In this document: positions 59,377 to 60,897 of the stretch, in pieces
Position numbering within the stretch: position 1 is the stretch's first letter
Layout of the letters: every line of letters begins with the position of its first letter
NCBI GenBank assembly: GCA_964572175.1
Contig: CAZNEH010000003.1
Span: 7,488-68,384, forward strand
Length of the DNA stretch: 60,897 nt
Origin: an uncultured Gammaproteobacteria bacterium
GTDB taxonomy: Bacteria; Patescibacteriota; Patescibacteriia; UBA9570; CAZNEH01
Direction of reading: 5' to 3'
Notes under the pieces: model-generated
Seen by the model: only the letters and a program-made list of their open reading frames with translations
Told to the model about the DNA's origin: nothing
Databases searched by the model: none
Position numbers and translations under genes: made by a program

Positions 59377-60797
59377 AGTATTGTGACGATTCCTTTATTA
59401 GCGTCTACTTCAACTAAGTCGTTATCTTTAATAATTTGAGTGCCAGTAGTAGTTCCAACAACGCAAGGTTTTTTTAGCTCTCTAGAAATAATAGCGGCAT
59501 GGGAAATTATTCCCCCGGTATCTGTAACAAAGGCCCCGGCTTTTTTCATGGCTACAATCAAATCTGGATTAGTGGCTGAAGAAACAAGGATGTCTCCTTT
59601 TTTTACTTTTTTGACGTCGTTTTCTACTAAAACTATCTTGGCTTGGCCCCGAACTTTGCCAGCATAAGCAGTCATTCCCTTGAGAATTTTTTGTTTACTT
59701 ACTTTCTTTTTTGTTTTTTTGGTGCGTTTTTTGATTTGCTTTTCACATTCTGAGCCCTGGTAAATTTTTACTTGGCCCCTAGTAATATAAAAACAGCATT
59801 TTTTAAGACGAGTTTTAGTAACATTACGGTATAATTCAGCATTACTATTTAATAAAGCGTCTTTTAGTTCAGGGAAAATTAAGTATTTTAGGTTTTTAAC
59901 AGGAATGTCTAAGCGATGAGAAAATTCGGCAAAGACCTTGTCCATGGCTACATAAGATTTTTGATAAGCGCCCTTGCGATAATCTTTGATATGCATGAAT
60001 TCTGAAGAGACTTCTAGTAAATATACTAAATTTCTTGGAAGATTAAATTTTTTAATGATTTCTTGTTTTTGCTTGGTAATATCTTTGTAATGCCGTAATA
60101 TTTTTTGCTTTTGTTTTTTAGGGTCTCCGGATTTTTTATCTTCGGCTAATAGTTTTTTAAGAAGTTTTTTATCCATGATTGGGCCAGAGTAAGCATAAGT
60201 AAGCCAAGAATATTTTTTTAAATAATTATCTAACGAGCCCTTATTAATTAATAAGTTTAAGCGAGCGATTTGAGCTTTTTGGACCTCAGATTGTTTTTCA
60301 GAAGAACTTAAAATAGAATAGTATTTGCTAGTGTTTTTAGGGATGTTTTTTTTGAGCTGTTTATTAATTTCATCAGATAAAAAGTTTTTTTCTAAACCAT
60401 CAACAAAAACTGGAATCCATCCCCAGGCTCTAGTTTTTCTGAGGATTTTGCGATAATCTTGATATAGTTTTAATAATTCTTTGTCGCTAAGCTTGTCTAC
60501 TCTTTTAACTGAATTGCTAAAATCTATTAATTGCTGGCTATATTTATAAATATTTCTTAGGCAGCGTTGATAGAATTTTTTGTCTTTTTTGATTTTGTTA
60601 AATAAAAAACGACCTACTTTTAAGGTCGATTCTGAATCAAAATAAAAACTAAGATGATCTTTTTCAATAATGCCCATGGTTTGCTTAACTACTGGGCCCT
60701 TGGTGATTTTAGCCATATCTTTGGTTGCAACAAGATCAGATATATACCAAGGATATACGTACATTTTTTTACGATCAAAAAAGAATTTTAACGCCAT
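59373..60797 (-). CDS. swivel-domain protein 5
   Basis: 474 aa. C-terminus: GMTAYAGKVRGQAKIV...GDILVSSATNPD...TDTGGIISHAAIISRELKKPCVVGT. Confidence 0.85.
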   Translation of the reverse strand: MALKFFFDRKKMYVYPWYISDLVATKDMAKITKGPVVKQTMGIIEKDHLSFYFDSESTLKVGRFLFNKIKKDKKFYQRCLRNIYKYSQQLIDFSNSVKRVDKLSDKELLKLYQDYRKILRKTRAWGWIPVFVDGLEKNFLSDEINKQLKKNIPKNTSKYYSILSSSEKQSEVQKAQIARLNLLINKGSLDNYLKKYSWLTYAYSGPIMDKKLLKKLLAEDKKSGDPKKQKQKILRHYKDITKQKQEIIKKFNLPRNLVYLLEVSSEFMHIKDYRKGAYQKSYVAMDKVFAEFSHRLDIPVKNLKYLIFPELKDALLNSNAELYRNVTKTRLKKCCFYITRGQVKIYQGSECEKQIKKRTKKTKKKVSKQKILKGMTAYAGKVRGQAKIVLVENDVKKVKKGDILVSSATNPDLIVAMKKAGAFVTDTGGIISHAAIISRELKKPCVVGTTTGTQIIKDNDLVEVDANKGIVTIL

Positions 60798-60806
60798 AAT
60801 GTTAAT

Positions 60807-60836
60807 ATTTTACCACTTTTTAGATCGATTTGTCAA
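60807..60836 (-). promoter_or_regulatory. promoter of the swivel-domain operon, near-leaderless
   Basis: Minus strand TTGACA (60831-60836), 18 nt, TAAAAT (60807-60812). The ATG at 60797 is 9 nt after the -10. The promoter lies in the last codons of the upstream ORF. Confidence 0.5.
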
Positions 60837-60897
60837 TGATATTTGGATCTTCACCAATGAGGTTGAAGAGCTCGGTCTCTAGTTCTTTTAATAATTT
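60820..60897 (-). CDS. 3' end of an unidentified minus-strand ORF entering from the window edge
   Basis: Own translation: ...KLLKELETELFNLIGEDPNIIDKSI followed by TAA (60820-60822). Too short to identify. Confidence 0.3.
   Translation of the reverse strand, partial: KLLKELETELFNLIGEDPNIIDKSI

Noticed and set aside
1616-60882. Short antisense or internal ORFs in AT-rich genes, for example 1616-1801, 5817-6005, 14535-14717, 16349-16849, 21023-21336, 35601-36138, 38400-39133, 45494-45949, 50392-50736 and 60670-60882.
   Set aside because: Each lies wholly inside, or antisense to, a confidently identified gene. They are of low complexity and lack independent initiation signals.
1-60897. CRISPR arrays, tRNA/rRNA genes, and transposase, integrase or phage genes.
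   Set aside because: I found no regularly spaced direct repeats; the hairpin repeats are single and dispersed. I saw no cloverleaf-like segments in the intergenic regions I read, and no ORF with recombinase or transposase motifs. This was a manual scan only. tRNA and CRISPR finders should confirm it.

Overview
This is an AT-rich, very compact bacterial chromosome segment. Hand-counted native 60-nt lines range from 13/60 to 26/60 G+C. Almost all genes are on the minus strand.

The housekeeping backbone, in order:
- lysS (partial) and greA
- mrdA-mreD-mreC-mreB-proS-rseP-frr-BNR protein-holB
- envelope glycosylation genes: GT4, a second mreB-like gene, a DUF4012-like protein, GT2, an O-antigen-ligase-like protein, GT2, GT4 and a Wzx-like flippase
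- an ABC-2 exporter with one ATPase and four permease paralogs
- rpsI-rplM-rplQ-rpoA-rpsD-rpsK-rpsM-rpmJ-infA
- alaS-mnmA
- a thioredoxin/CcdA-like pair and an orphan histidine kinase
- ribH-ribE-riboflavin kinase, a beta-CASP RNase, thiI, nadK and a GGDEF protein

Housekeeping proteins are short or truncated, native genes lack Shine-Dalgarno (SD) sequences, and many operon-first genes look leaderless. This suggests a reduced-genome lineage; Patescibacteria/CPR-like is my inference only. I recognised no rRNA, tRNA, CRISPR array, transposase or integrase.

Two things stand out.
1. Eleven GC-rich transcription units (about 62-63% G+C in sampled lines) lie in six patches: 2182-5100, 22755-23096, 28625-29035, 36919-37303, 40081-40932 and 52964-54953. 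Each has its own TTGACA promoter and hairpin/T-run terminator, and each protein-coding unit also has a strong SD.
2. A minus-strand array at 50867-60797 holds five paralogs that each end in a PEP-utilising-enzyme swivel phosphohistidine domain. It also holds one stand-alone PpsA/PPDK-type ATP-grasp subunit and an HD hydrolase. GC-rich patch 6, which encodes two histidine-phosphatase-like proteins, interrupts this array.

Three families of GC-rich intergenic hairpin repeats and a roughly 375-nt structured RNA candidate are also present.
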